64,000 nt of DNA from an uncultured cyanobacterium. GTDB lineage: Bacteria; Cyanobacteriota; Cyanobacteriia; Cyanobacteriales; Cyanobacteriaceae. Each line of letters starts with the position of its first letter. Within the stretch, counting starts at the first letter, position 1. Location of the stretch: assembly GCA_963749915.1 (NCBI GenBank), contig CAVVOP010000005.1, positions 1-64,000 of the forward strand. Direction: 5' to 3'. The translations under genes and the position numbers were made by a program. The notes below the pieces were generated by a model, which saw only the letters and a program-made list of their open reading frames with translations, made no database searches and was not told the DNA's origin. Of the stretch, positions 54,299-64,000 are shown one piece after another.

Positions 54299-54506
54299 GC
54301 TAATAAATGGGCGTACAAACAACATTTTGTGCGTCCTCTTTGATCGAAGTCGGCAAGATGGGTTATCAGAGATTTGAGTTTAAATTCCAAATTCATCCAT
54401 CTTTCTTTTACAACCTAACTCATCTTAAATTTCTCCGAACTCTGAACGAACTCTGAACTCTGAAATCATTATTCACCGTACCTTGAAAATTTAGGAAATA
54501 TTCATC

Positions 54507-54824
54507 ATGGCAACTTTGCAACAACAAAAAATCCGTATCCGCCTCAAAGCATTCGATCGCCGTTTACTAGATACTTCTTGTACTAAAATTGTGGAAACTG
54601 CTAACCGTACTAATGCTACACCAGTAGGTCCTATTCCCCTCCCCACCAAACGTAAAATCTATTGTGTGTTGAGATCTCCTCACGTTGATAAAGATTCCAG
54701 GGAACATTTCGAAACCCGTACCCACCGCCGGGTGATCGACATTTATCAGCCTTCTTCTAAAACCATCGATGCCTTGATGAAATTAGATTTACCTGCGGGG
54801 GTAGATATTGAAGTAAAATTATAG
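54507..54824 (+). CDS. rpsJ: 30S ribosomal protein S10
   Basis: [31 protein letters not shown]. Confidence 0.99.
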   Translation: MATLQQQKIRIRLKAFDRRLLDTSCTKIVETANRTNATPVGPIPLPTKRKIYCVLRSPHVDKDSREHFETRTHRRVIDIYQPSSKTIDALMKLDLPAGVDIEVKL

Positions 54825-54940
54825 ATTTTATTTTTGCATTTTAGGGAATAAAGTTGATTTTCGTTAAAATGCAACGTTTTTTATCAGGATGTTTAAAAAT
54901 TTGCTTCAGTAATTTAAAAATCTATAGGGAAAAATAAACT

Positions 54941-56602
54941 ATGGCAACACCGACGATTAGAATACAAGGTTCCACTTCTGGAGTTTTCAAAAATCCTATT
55001 GGTGGCACATTTTCTGGTGTAGGCACTAATAATTTTATATGGGGAGTTCCCATTACTTCTAATAGCAGTCTAAATTTTACAGGAAAACCTTACAGTACTG
55101 ATGTAGTAACAGGATTTATTTTTGGTTCCAATGCCAGGAAAAACAGAGAATTCTTTTCTCTGGGTACTTTAAACTATTTTAATGGCACGATAGAAGGTGG
55201 AACTGGATCTACTGGCGTCGATTTAGATATTACTCTACAAGTTAGCGAACCTCTTAATACCAGTCCTCAAGATTTCACAAGTTCACTGACTTTTACTAAT
55301 ACTCCTAACACCAATGACCCCATAGCTAGTGCCGATTCAGTTTTTTTACCGTCTAGTAATCTGCCACCTGTTATTTTGACAGCATCTAATGGAGCGGAGT
55401 TAACACTCGATGTGTTCGGATTTGGAGAGGTTACAGATGGTGGATTTACCAGAGAAAGAGAATTCTTTGTAACAGAAGAAAATACTGCAAGTGCAGAATT
55501 AATTGCACGGTTTCAAAATCCTTGTGAAGAGATTATTGATGGTGCTGTATCGGTAAATACGGCCAATAGCAATCGCACTCTAAATGCAACATTTACACCA
55601 AATTTTGGTCTAAGTTTGGATGAAGCTGCTGAGATTTGTGGTTATGATCATTTCAATTGGTATCAAGTTATCACAATTGATCCATATGCCCCAGGAGGAT
55701 TGGTAGTACCATACGTTGATCCTCCTTCTGGTGGAGGTGCTTCTTTTGGCGGTTTTGCCGATAATTTACCTTTTTATTGGGATGAAGAAGGTGCGACTGG
55801 AACAGGATACCATTTGAGTGACAATGAAACGAATACGGCATTGTTATATACGGATACGCCGGCTGAACCACTGTTACAACCAGGAGAATCTTTAGGATTT
55901 AATACTTCTTTGGTAGGAATTTTACCAGATGGAAGTTGGGATATACTTTATAATTTTGAATGGCAAAGTAATTATAATGGAACATCTGGAGGAGTTACCA
56001 CAAGGAGAAATATTATTACCCCAGATGATAATGGTACTGGTGAAGTCTTTGATATTAAGTTAGACTTAAGTGCGGCTGACTTATCTGATCAAATCAAAAA
56101 TCAAATGAGTGCAGATGGTGCACAAAATGCTTTTCTCTCTCCTAATGACTCAACAAGTTTATTAAATACTCCTATTAATCGATTTCAAAATAGTGAGCTA
56201 CCTGGGACATATTTATTTGCCGGAGAAGAAGAAAGTATCAGTATTCGTCAAAACTTTCCCAATTTTATTGAGGAAGGACAAGCATTTAAAGTCGCAGTTG
56301 AGCCAGGGGATGATTTAATTGTCATGAATCGGTTTCAAAATAGTTCCGTCCCTGGTACCTATCTTTATGCCGGACAAGAAGAAAGTATCAGTATTCGTCA
56401 AAACTTTCCTAATTTTATTGAGGAAGGAGTTGCATTTTATGTATATTCTGGTACTGCTAATAAAGGGGAAGACTTCTACCGTTTTCAAAATAGTCAACAA
56501 CCTGGCACTTACCTTTTTGTTGGTGAACAAGAGCGTCAAAGTATTATCGCTAATTTCCCAGCCTTTATTGAAGAAGGTGTTGCTTTTGAGGTTGCAATTT
56601 AA
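54941..56602 (+). CDS. Putative surface protein: choice-of-anchor-K-like N-terminal domain plus three C-terminal 50-aa repeats
   Basis: N-terminal G.F.NP...WG...F.LG.L.YFNGTI...NTPN; three repeats RFQNS..PGTYL..G..E..SI..NFP.FIEEG.AF at about 150-bp period (about 56177-56590). Confidence 0.65.
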   Translation: MATPTIRIQGSTSGVFKNPIGGTFSGVGTNNFIWGVPITSNSSLNFTGKPYSTDVVTGFIFGSNARKNREFFSLGTLNYFNGTIEGGTGSTGVDLDITLQVSEPLNTSPQDFTSSLTFTNTPNTNDPIASADSVFLPSSNLPPVILTASNGAELTLDVFGFGEVTDGGFTREREFFVTEENTASAELIARFQNPCEEIIDGAVSVNTANSNRTLNATFTPNFGLSLDEAAEICGYDHFNWYQVITIDPYAPGGLVVPYVDPPSGGGASFGGFADNLPFYWDEEGATGTGYHLSDNETNTALLYTDTPAEPLLQPGESLGFNTSLVGILPDGSWDILYNFEWQSNYNGTSGGVTTRRNIITPDDNGTGEVFDIKLDLSAADLSDQIKNQMSADGAQNAFLSPNDSTSLLNTPINRFQNSELPGTYLFAGEEESISIRQNFPNFIEEGQAFKVAVEPGDDLIVMNRFQNSSVPGTYLYAGQEESISIRQNFPNFIEEGVAFYVYSGTANKGEDFYRFQNSQQPGTYLFVGEQERQSIIANFPAFIEEGVAFEVAI

Positions 56603-56629
56603 AATAAAGAATCGATAGATAATTGTTGT

Positions 56630-57391
56630 TCAATTATTATTTTGTTCCAGCTTATGGTCGTATAAATTAAATTGCCAAGAACTTTTTAAATATTTGTTGT
56701 CAAATAAAACCGTAGTATTTTTGAGAAAATACAAATCTGAATTTTGCGAAAAGGTGCCTATTTCTACTACCCTTAATTTTGAAAATTCTTGTATTTCTTC
56801 ACAATTATTAGTGGTAAATAATTTACTATATCTAATGGATCTTCTTAAGGGTCCCGTTTGGGGATAATATTGATCATTAGCTGGTCTTCCTGTAGCAAAA
56901 ACTATAGCTAAAAATTTATCATCAGGGGAAAATTTAAACTCTTCTGGTCCTTCATTAAAAGAATTTAAAGATTCACATAATTTATTCATATTGTGATAAT
57001 TATATAAAATAATTTTCCCTGATTTATAAGTTAAAAAAGTTTCTTGATCATGAGAAAAACCATAAATTCTTTGGTTAAATTTACTTATTATTTTTTCTGT
57101 TTTCAAATCCCAGAACGTAGTATTGTCTTTTTGAGCTGCGGCTAAGACATTGCCACCATTGAGTATAAATAGTTCCCTAATAACGAGGTTGTCCATTTGA
57201 AACTCATGAAGAATCTTTTTACTATGTCTATCTTTAACTATAACTTCTCCTTTTCTTGTTCCCAAAATTTCATAATTATTATTAGTAACTACTATATCTT
57301 GAGCATTTGTTTTTTGAATACTGCCAAAACCTAACATCCCTATTAAGAGTATCAAATTAAATTTAATCATAAATGATAATGATCTCCTCAA
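56630..57391 (-). CDS. Secreted WD40/beta-propeller-like hypothetical protein
   Basis: Signal peptide ending TNA-Q; FWDLKT, GFSHD and FSPDDKFLA blade motifs. Confidence 0.6.
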   Translation of the reverse strand: MRRSLSFMIKFNLILLIGMLGFGSIQKTNAQDIVVTNNNYEILGTRKGEVIVKDRHSKKILHEFQMDNLVIRELFILNGGNVLAAAQKDNTTFWDLKTEKIISKFNQRIYGFSHDQETFLTYKSGKIILYNYHNMNKLCESLNSFNEGPEEFKFSPDDKFLAIVFATGRPANDQYYPQTGPLRRSIRYSKLFTTNNCEEIQEFSKLRVVEIGTFSQNSDLYFLKNTTVLFDNKYLKSSWQFNLYDHKLEQNNN

Positions 57392-57539
57392 ATTGTATGG
57401 ATCTAAAGTAAATTTTTACGCCCCAATAAAACAAGATCTGTGTTTTTCAAAGTGTAATGCCTAAGCTAAAGCTAACATATAAAGCGATTGCTGAAAAAAC
57501 CAAATCTCGTTCCAATGTGCAAGTCCTGCATTATTGAAG

Positions 57540-57613
57540 AAGGCAGTCCCCATGAAAAAAAATTTTCACCATCAGAGATGAAAGTTGGCACTTTCAAGTC
57601 AGGAGGCAGGAGG
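57540..57613 (+). repeat. Dispersed intergenic repeat, copy 2
   Basis: AGGCAGTCCCCATGAAAAAAAATTTTCACCATCAGAGATGAAAGTTGGCACTTTCAAGTCAGGAGGCAGG, matching the copy at 39196. Confidence 0.8.
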
Positions 57614-57640
57614 CAGAGGGCATAATAAGTAAATAAAACG

Positions 57641-58201
57641 ATGAATAATCCATGGCAAGTTGTCAGTAAATTGGTAGAAATAACATCTCCTTGGCTAACA
57701 TTAATTGGGGAAAAAGTCAAGGATGATCAAGGTACAATACTAGATTATTGGCGAGTAGAAAAAGCCGATTCTTTAATTATTATTACCGAATATCAAAATC
57801 AGTTAATCTTCCCTAAATTAACTTATCGCCACGGCATCGAAAAAGTTACCCTTGACTTCGCAGGAGGTAGGGTTAACCTTGATAAAACTTTAGAAAATAA
57901 TGCTTTATCTATCTTAAAAAGGGAGTTAAATCTTGAAGAAAAAGATCTGAAAATTTTAAGACCCATTAATCAAGAGGCATGGGCAATTAATAGCGCCTTT
58001 AACAATCAAAAATTGTGGGGTTTTTATGCACACATAAAGCCGGAAACTAGTCTTCATCCTGATTTTATTGGTGCTACTTATTCTTTAACGAAAGAAAATC
58101 TTAAATGTTTACTCAAGGATTTAATCTGTCTCCAGTGTCGATCACTACTATTAGAGAGCATTTGTCAAAATTTGTTGCAACTTCTTCAAGAAACAGTATA
58201 A
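57641..58201 (+). CDS. NUDIX-fold hydrolase with degenerate Nudix box
   Basis: SPWLTLIGE, DYWRVEKADS, YRHG...LDFAGGR...LKREL. Confidence 0.7.
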   Translation: MNNPWQVVSKLVEITSPWLTLIGEKVKDDQGTILDYWRVEKADSLIIITEYQNQLIFPKLTYRHGIEKVTLDFAGGRVNLDKTLENNALSILKRELNLEEKDLKILRPINQEAWAINSAFNNQKLWGFYAHIKPETSLHPDFIGATYSLTKENLKCLLKDLICLQCRSLLLESICQNLLQLLQETV

Positions 58202-58258
58202 AATTTAACTGAAAGATTTATTATTTTAGTTAATCACGATTTCACTCATCATTTAATT

Positions 58259-58501
58259 ATGAACACTTATATTTTACCTTCCACTTATTCTTACCATTAC
58301 ACCCTTGATTTTATTCGTGACGAAATTAGAGGCTTATTGGAAAGAGGTATTATTAGCCGTCATCAGCCGATTTATAGCTTGGCTAAATATATTCCCCCAA
58401 GGGAATGGTTATCAGTAGAAAAACAACTAGAGGAAAAAGATTATTTATTGCGGGATCGTATCGGTGATTTATTAGGGGCGGAAAATTGGGATAATGACTA
58501 A
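58259..58501 (+). CDS. DUF4327-family protein
   Basis: IRDE...LLERGIISRHQPIY.L..YIP.REW..VE..LE..DYLLRDRIGDL...WDND. Confidence 0.8.
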   Translation: MNTYILPSTYSYHYTLDFIRDEIRGLLERGIISRHQPIYSLAKYIPPREWLSVEKQLEEKDYLLRDRIGDLLGAENWDND

Positions 58502-58643
58502 GGACAATTCTGAGTTCCGAGTTATTATCAGTTTCTCCCTTATCCCCTATGGACGAGAATAAATAACAACAAACAATAAATTAAAACTTAGAAGTTAATC
58601 ATTAACCCTCAATATTTTTTACTGATAAACCAATTTTTCGTTG

Positions 58644-58994
58644 TCAAACATTAAGTTTTTCTACTTCTTCCCTTAAAGCGACAATTTCTCTGATAAGTTC
58701 TTGGATATCATTACTCTGGTTATCTACAGACTTAACCTGTATGTCCTCACAAGATTTACTGCCGCCACTACTATAACCTTTAAAAAACTGTTCGATGATT
58801 TTTCGAGCTTCTTGTTCCGTCATCGTGCCTTTTTCAGCCCATTCTTGAGATTTTTGTTGCCATTCAGCATTCAGATCCGATAACATCTGACTGCGTTTTT
58901 GATTGTCTTGTAAGGTTTCTACCACTGAAGCAGCAGCCCCAACAGCGGTTCGGAAACCTTGTTGAATGGTATCAAATATAGTATTACTTTCCAT
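58644..58994 (-). CDS. Conserved hypothetical protein (phasin-like coiled coil)
   Basis: QQGFRTAVGAAASVVETLQD...EKGTMTEQEARK. Confidence 0.65.
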   Translation of the reverse strand: MESNTIFDTIQQGFRTAVGAAASVVETLQDNQKRSQMLSDLNAEWQQKSQEWAEKGTMTEQEARKIIEQFFKGYSSGGSKSCEDIQVKSVDNQSNDIQELIREIVALREEVEKLNV

Positions 58995-59146
58995 GACTGT
59001 TAATATACTCCACATTGAGAAAATATCTTGGACTTTTTTACTATAATCTAACTTCTAAGGGGAAAAGTTGGACTAGTTATAGTAATAACCACACATTGAC
59101 ACTCCCACCGACAAATCAAAGATTATGTCGGGGGATTCTTACCTCA

Positions 59147-60031
59147 TCAGCACTTAACTAGATTGACCAAGTTACCTTGCTTAATCCCCGTCAGTACGCC
59201 TTCGTAAGCAATTTCATTCACGGTATGCCCTACCGCTACTAATCCTCTATTTTTAATTACCTTTGCACTTACTACATCTCTTGGTGCAATATAACCACAA
59301 TACTGGCAATTATGTACTCTTTCATTTAACTGTTTTTTGCCTGTATGACTTCCGCAGTTGCTACATTCTTGAGATGTCCCATCTTTGTTGACTTTTCGAT
59401 AAAATTTACTGCGTTTCCAACAAACATAAGGCAATATCTCATTAATAAATTGCCCTATTCCAGAGTCCAAAGATTGCTTTGTGACAATCCCTCGACCCCA
59501 CGAAATAAAGTTTATATCCTCAACAAAAATGTTATCCGTTAAGTCGCAGAGGTAATTTGCTGATTTAAAGTGCCAATTCCTACGGGTATTAGCTACTTTT
59601 TCATGTAATTTAACTATCTTATTTTGAAGTTTTAACCAATTATTTGAGCCTTTGATTTTATGTTTCAAACGTCTTTGTAGCGATTTCAGCTTACTCTGTG
59701 CTTGCAACAAAAATTTTGGGGCTTTGATTAATTCTCCTCTATCGGTAGCTACAAATGATTCTATCCCAGCATCAATACCTAAGCTTAATTTTCCTACTGG
59801 TGCGTCAGGGCAAGATTCTTGAGACTGAAAAGCAATCATCAAATAATAACCCGTTGCCTTTTTTACAATTCGAGCCTGTTTCGGCTCAAAACCCGTAGGA
59901 TAATCTCTTGATTGTTTTATTTTCAACCAACCTAATTGGGGTAACTTTACCTTACCTTGTGCCAAGCAATTTTTCAACATTTGAGGAAAGACAAAACTTT
60001 TCATCTGTTTCTTATAAGTAAGGGTAATCAC
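59147..60031 (-). CDS. tnpB: RNA-guided endonuclease TnpB, shortened (apparent in-frame internal deletion)
   Basis: RuvC I GIDAG, RuvC II VEDI, zinc finger CSNC/CQYC, RuvC III RDVVSA. Only about 294 aa; the start (V)ITLTY is joined directly to KKQMKSF. Confidence 0.8.
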   Translation of the reverse strand: MITLTYKKQMKSFVFPQMLKNCLAQGKVKLPQLGWLKIKQSRDYPTGFEPKQARIVKKATGYYLMIAFQSQESCPDAPVGKLSLGIDAGIESFVATDRGELIKAPKFLLQAQSKLKSLQRRLKHKIKGSNNWLKLQNKIVKLHEKVANTRRNWHFKSANYLCDLTDNIFVEDINFISWGRGIVTKQSLDSGIGQFINEILPYVCWKRSKFYRKVNKDGTSQECSNCGSHTGKKQLNERVHNCQYCGYIAPRDVVSAKVIKNRGLVAVGHTVNEIAYEGVLTGIKQGNLVNLVKC

Positions 60032-60061
60032 TTGATTCACAGTTAATTATTTGCTACACTC

Positions 60062-60190
60062 TAATTATAAAACTTAAAGAAATTTTCGCAGATACATTAA
60101 TTAAGTGGGAATGTAATTTAATCGAGTTTAATGGTGAATCAGACCATGTACATTTACTAATTGATTACAAGCCCGATATATCTTGATCTA
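60062..60190 (+). pseudogene. tnpA: IS200 TnpA (Y1 HUH) fragment
   Basis: IIKLKEIFADTLIKWECNLIEFNGESDHVHLLIDYKPDIS*; HUH motif present, no start, premature stop. Confidence 0.8.
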
Positions 60191-60227
60191 ATATGTGGAG
60201 AGTCAAAAAACTCCTCAAGAATAAGGA

Positions 60228-60318
60228 TAAGCTCAGACGCACCTAAGCTGCGTTTGTATAACCCACAATCCCTTTTTATGCCTAATCCAAGGATGTAAAT
60301 TAAATGCGTCCAAGCTTA
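60228..60318. mobile_element. Putative 91-bp MITE
   Basis: Imperfect terminal inverted repeats TAAGCTCAGACGCACCTAA and TAAGCTTGGACGCATTTAA (15/19). Confidence 0.5.
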
Positions 60319-60472
60319 TCGTTATCGCTCCATTTTTCTGGTTGGTCAAAATTCATCTCCTGTTCATTTCAATGGTATTTTTTTCGGGAGAAATTGAACG
60401 GGAGTCCTCTTTAGACATCTAAGATAGAAATAAAAATAAGATAGAAATAAAAAGAAAATGGATTAAGGGTGA

Positions 60473-61276
60473 ATGGTTAGACAGATTGTAACCGGATTTG
60501 GTTTTTTTACTGGCATAAGTTATCCTTTTTTAGCAGTAAAATTTTTGGCGGAAAATAAAAAGTTATGGCAATATTTAATTATTCCTATTATTATTAATTT
60601 TGCTGTAGGAATTACCACTTATATCTTATTATTAAAACCTAGCTTAAAGTTGTTTAATATTATTACTAATAATATCGTTATTTGGGTGGATAAAGCCATC
60701 GATAAACTACCAGATTGGTCAAACTTTGTAATTTATATTATTATCTTTCTTAGTTTATTAATAAAAGTAATCTTATTTATTTTATTATTGATAATAATTG
60801 GCTTTATTATGACCCAATTTGGATCAATTTTAGGTTCACCTTGGTATGGTAAATTATCAGAACAACTGGAAATTTTACGCACAGGAAAACTAGAAATAAT
60901 AGAGTATAACATCTTTCATGATATATTCAGAGCGATTTTATTTGAATTAAAAAAGTTATTATTAATCACAGCCATAAGTGTACCATTATTTTTATTTAAT
61001 TTTATTCCTAGCGTGGGCAACTTAGTTTCTTTAATCGGGAGCATAAGTTTAACCACTACTATTATCTGTTTAGATTTTTTTGATGCAATTTTAGAAAGGA
61101 AACGATTAAATTTTCGACAGAAATTAAAATTTGTGCAACAAGGATTTCCTACTACGGCTGGTTTTGGTTTAATGTGTTTAACCTTAATTAGTATTCCGTT
61201 ACTGAATTTAATTATAATTCCCCTTTGCGTTTCCGCAGGTACTTTATTGGTTTGCGATAAAACAAGAAATAGTTAA
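60473..61276 (+). CDS. EI24/CysZ-family membrane protein
   Basis: LWQYLIIPIIIN, GSPWYGKLSEQLE, LDFFD..LER. Confidence 0.8.
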   Translation: MVRQIVTGFGFFTGISYPFLAVKFLAENKKLWQYLIIPIIINFAVGITTYILLLKPSLKLFNIITNNIVIWVDKAIDKLPDWSNFVIYIIIFLSLLIKVILFILLLIIIGFIMTQFGSILGSPWYGKLSEQLEILRTGKLEIIEYNIFHDIFRAILFELKKLLLITAISVPLFLFNFIPSVGNLVSLIGSISLTTTIICLDFFDAILERKRLNFRQKLKFVQQGFPTTAGFGLMCLTLISIPLLNLIIIPLCVSAGTLLVCDKTRNS

Positions 61277-61447
61277 TGGGAGTTGGGGGTTATATATAGT
61301 AGCAATTCTCTTTGCCTTCCTGACTTCTATTTGTCGGCATTTCCTTATATTCACCATCGCTGAGGATTGAATATGACACAATAAGAAATAATTGTCAATC
61401 AGAAGGAATTTATCATATCCTTAAGATCTAAAATCAGGAGTAAATTT

Positions 61448-62701
61448 GTGACTATAGTAACACTAGAACCTAATACCAATACTGGTTTTAATCAAGATAC
61501 TTTCAATACCTATGTAATGAACACCTACGGACGTTTTCCCGTCACCATCGAGAAAGGTTCAGGTTGCCGACTTTGGGATACAGATGGTAAAGAATATCTT
61601 GACTTTGTAGCAGGTATTGCTACTTGTACTCTAGGACACGCTCATCCTGCTATGGTAAAAGCTGTCACCCAACAAATACAAAAAATACATCATGTATCTA
61701 ATTTGTACTATATTCCCGAACAAGGAGAATTAGCTAAATGGATTGTAGAACATTCTTGTGCTGACAAGGTATTCTTCTGCAATTCCGGTGCTGAAGCCAA
61801 CGAAGCCGCAATCAAATTAGTGCGGAAATATGCTCATACGGTTTTAGAATTTTTAGAGCAACCCGTTATTCTTACCGCTAAATCTAGTTTTCATGGGCGC
61901 ACTTTAGCTACTGTCACCGCTACAGGACAACCAAAATACCAAAAACATTTTCAACCTCTTGTGCCAGGATTTGAGTATGTCCCTTACAATGACATTACTG
62001 CCGTTGAAGAAGCTATCACTAACATTGATGAAGGCGATCGTCGTGTAGCTGCCATCATGATTGAACCATTACAAGGAGAAGGAGGAGTACGCCCAGGTAA
62101 TTTGGATTACTTCTTGCGGTTAAGAAAAATTTGTGATGAGACTGGTATTTTATTGGTATTTGATGAGGTACAAACGGGGGTCGGTAGAACTGGTAAAATG
62201 TGGGGTTATGAAAACCTAGGAGTTGAGCCAGATATTTTCACCAGTGCGAAAGGTTTAGCCGGAGGAATCCCTATTGGGGCGATGATGTGTAAGGCTTTTT
62301 GTGATGTGTTTGAACCCGGTAACCATGCCAGTACTTTTGGCGGTAATCCTTTTGCTTGTGCTACCTCCTTAGCTGTTTTACAAACCTTAGAAGAAGAAAA
62401 CATCCTCCAAAATGTTCAAGTCAGAGGAGAACAGTTACGGACAAAACTCAGAGCAATTACTAAAAAATATCCTCAATTATTCACGGAAGTGCGGGGTTGG
62501 GGTTTAATTAACGGTATGGAAATCAAGGCTGATATTGAGCTAACCTCCCTTGATATTGTCAAAAAAGCCATGGAAAAAGGCTTATTACTAGCACCGGCTG
62601 GACCTAAAGTGTTGCGTTTTGTCCCACCTTTAATTGTTTCGGCGGCGGAAATTGATCAAGCTAGTGATATTTTAGACAATGCCATCGCTGATTTGATTTA
62701 A
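61448..62701 (+). CDS. argD: Acetylornithine aminotransferase
   Basis: MNTYGR, FCNSGAEANE, FHGRT, EPLQGEGG, DEVQTG, AKGLAGG. Confidence 0.93.
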   Translation: MTIVTLEPNTNTGFNQDTFNTYVMNTYGRFPVTIEKGSGCRLWDTDGKEYLDFVAGIATCTLGHAHPAMVKAVTQQIQKIHHVSNLYYIPEQGELAKWIVEHSCADKVFFCNSGAEANEAAIKLVRKYAHTVLEFLEQPVILTAKSSFHGRTLATVTATGQPKYQKHFQPLVPGFEYVPYNDITAVEEAITNIDEGDRRVAAIMIEPLQGEGGVRPGNLDYFLRLRKICDETGILLVFDEVQTGVGRTGKMWGYENLGVEPDIFTSAKGLAGGIPIGAMMCKAFCDVFEPGNHASTFGGNPFACATSLAVLQTLEEENILQNVQVRGEQLRTKLRAITKKYPQLFTEVRGWGLINGMEIKADIELTSLDIVKKAMEKGLLLAPAGPKVLRFVPPLIVSAAEIDQASDILDNAIADLI

Positions 62702-62789
62702 AGAAAAGAGGTAAAAGTCCCCAAATTTGGGGATTTAAGGGCTAAAGGAATTGTTCACTGTTTATGCAATGCATGATTAATTACTATAA

Positions 62790-63344
62790 TTACGAAAGGT
62801 GTTCCGTTAAAATTTTAATACCAATGCCGATAAGAATAATTCCGCCAATTGTTTCTGCTTGTTTTTCAAAAAGATGACCAAATTTATTGCCTATATAGAC
62901 ACCAAATAAACAGATTAAAAAAGTAATAACACCGATGATAATAGAGGCTCCCATAATGGGAGTTTTAATAACAGAAAAACTTAAACCTACTGCCAAAGCG
63001 TCTATACTCGTAGCAATCGCTAAAGTTAATAAAATATATAAATTACGAAAATCTGTACCTTCTTCTTCTTCTTGTTGGAAAGATTCATAAATCATTTTAC
63101 TGCCAATTAGCCCCAATAAACCAAAGGCAATCCAATGATCAAAACTGATAATAAAATCTCGAAAAAATAAGCCTGAACTCCATCCCAATAAGGGCATGAT
63201 AAACTGAAATCCACCAAAAAAAGTAGAAATAATCAAATAATCTTTTAAAATAACTTTTTTAATGCTAATTCCACCCCCAATAGATACGGCAAAAGCATCC
63301 ATAGCCAATGCAACAGACGTCAACAAAACAGTAATTAAATTCAT
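62790..63344 (-). CDS. mntP: Manganese efflux pump MntP
   Basis: ALAMDAFAVS, FQFIMP, DHWIAF, ATSIDALAVG. Confidence 0.92.
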   Translation of the reverse strand: MNLITVLLTSVALAMDAFAVSIGGGISIKKVILKDYLIISTFFGGFQFIMPLLGWSSGLFFRDFIISFDHWIAFGLLGLIGSKMIYESFQQEEEEGTDFRNLYILLTLAIATSIDALAVGLSFSVIKTPIMGASIIIGVITFLICLFGVYIGNKFGHLFEKQAETIGGIILIGIGIKILTEHLS

Positions 63345-63365
63345 AAAAATATCAACGGTTTTTGT

Positions 63366-64000
63366 TTATACAAATCTTGTTAAATTAATGCGATAACGGT
63401 CTTTTTTGGTAACTTGAATATCACCAATTTCTAATCTGCCTTTACCTCGAAAAGAAATTAAATCACCATTTTTGACATTATAACTAGGTTGGGTAATTTC
63501 TTTCCAATTAACTTTCACATCACCGTTACTAATGGCCTCCGTCATTTTGCCCCGAGACATGCCAAAACCGAAAGAAGCCACCGCATCCAACCGTAAAGAA
63601 GCCTCTACTGTTTTCATTTCTTTGATTTTCGGGGGGCGAATTTTTAAGTCTGATAACTCAATCCTTGTAGTTTTCACCGGCACGGAACGTACTTGAACTA
63701 AAGTAGTTTCAAGAAAATCCACCATTTCTTCCACAACAATAACTTGTGCACCTCTTTCTCCCAAAACAATAATATCACCGATTTTCTCCCTCACAATGCC
63801 AGTGCCTAAAATTGAGCCCAAAAAGTCTCGATGGGTTGCGGTGTCAAACAAAAAATTTCCAGAGATGTCTAAAGCGGCAAGGGGAATTTGACTTTTATCA
63901 GCAACAATTTCTTCTCGGTGAATGCCAACCCGTTGTCTTTCGGCTTGAGGATAACCCCCCCAAGTAATGATTTTTACTTCGGTTAATTGGGAAAAAATTT
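63366..64000 (-). CDS. Photosystem II S4-domain protein (YlmH/Sll1252 family); 5' end beyond the window
   Basis: Frame stays open to the window end (WGGYPQAERQR...GNFLFD.ATHRDFLG); S4 domain SLRLDAV...SR.K. Confidence 0.9.
   Translation of the reverse strand, partial: IFSQLTEVKIITWGGYPQAERQRVGIHREEIVADKSQIPLAALDISGNFLFDTATHRDFLGSILGTGIVREKIGDIIVLGERGAQVIVVEEMVDFLETTLVQVRSVPVKTTRIELSDLKIRPPKIKEMKTVEASLRLDAVASFGFGMSRGKMTEAISNGDVKVNWKEITQPSYNVKNGDLISFRGKGRLEIGDIQVTKKDRYRINLTRFV

Larger units (their letters stand above)
59096..60190 (-). mobile_element. IS200/IS605-family element (tnpB plus divergent tnpA remnant)
   Basis: Right-end subterminal hairpin CCCCCGACA...TGTCGGTGGG ending TCAA at 59096; tnpB ORF; tnpA fragment with DHVHLL on the plus strand. 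Confidence 0.85.

Noticed and set aside
50281..54396. Antisense ORFs across rpsG, fusA and tuf
   Set aside because: Shadows of highly conserved, codon-biased genes.
56177..56590. 150-bp periodic DNA repeats as a CRISPR array
   Set aside because: In-frame protein-coding repeats with no unique spacers.
59147..60040. TnpB as the Cas12k effector of the CAST
   Set aside because: Too short, retains catalytic RuvC residues (Cas12k is nuclease-inactive) and sits within IS200/IS605 features next to tnpA.
62714..62744. CCCCAAATTTGGGG palindrome between argD and mntP
   Set aside because: Common cyanobacterial intergenic repeat or terminator-like hairpin between convergent genes.

Overview
AT-rich cyanobacterial chromosomal window. 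Evidence for this origin is the frequent HIP1 octamer GCGATCGC plus psaE, petP and crtH. Most of the window is ordinary housekeeping: crtH, typA, murJ, hisC, mutM, psaE, sir, ribD, the rpsL-rpsG-fusA-tuf-rpsJ operon, argD, mntP and three tRNAs. The most notable structure is non-coding and invisible in the ORF track. At 804-1211 lies the tRNA-proximal end of a type V-K CRISPR-associated Tn7-like transposon (CAST). It has one 37-nt repeat, a truncated repeat followed by a 17-nt homing spacer matching the neighbouring tRNA-Pro(UGG) next to a GTN PAM, five TnsB-site repeats and a TGTACA terminus 60 bp from the PAM. An ISAs1 element sits just upstream of the repeat; cas12k and tnsBC/tniQ are not in the window. 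A probable relic of a second Tn7-like end follows tRNA-Ala(CGC) and overlaps the hisC start. Other observations: an IS graveyard, a TnpB with an apparent in-frame internal deletion, a GC-rich tandem-domain alkaline phosphatase with Pho-box-like repeats, a MazG-like/acyl-CoA dehydrogenase fusion, a sulfite reductase with an RHH-like tail, a probably leaderless MerR-vWA pair and an unlisted 42-aa membrane ORF. All calls come from reading the sequence; no database searches were run.
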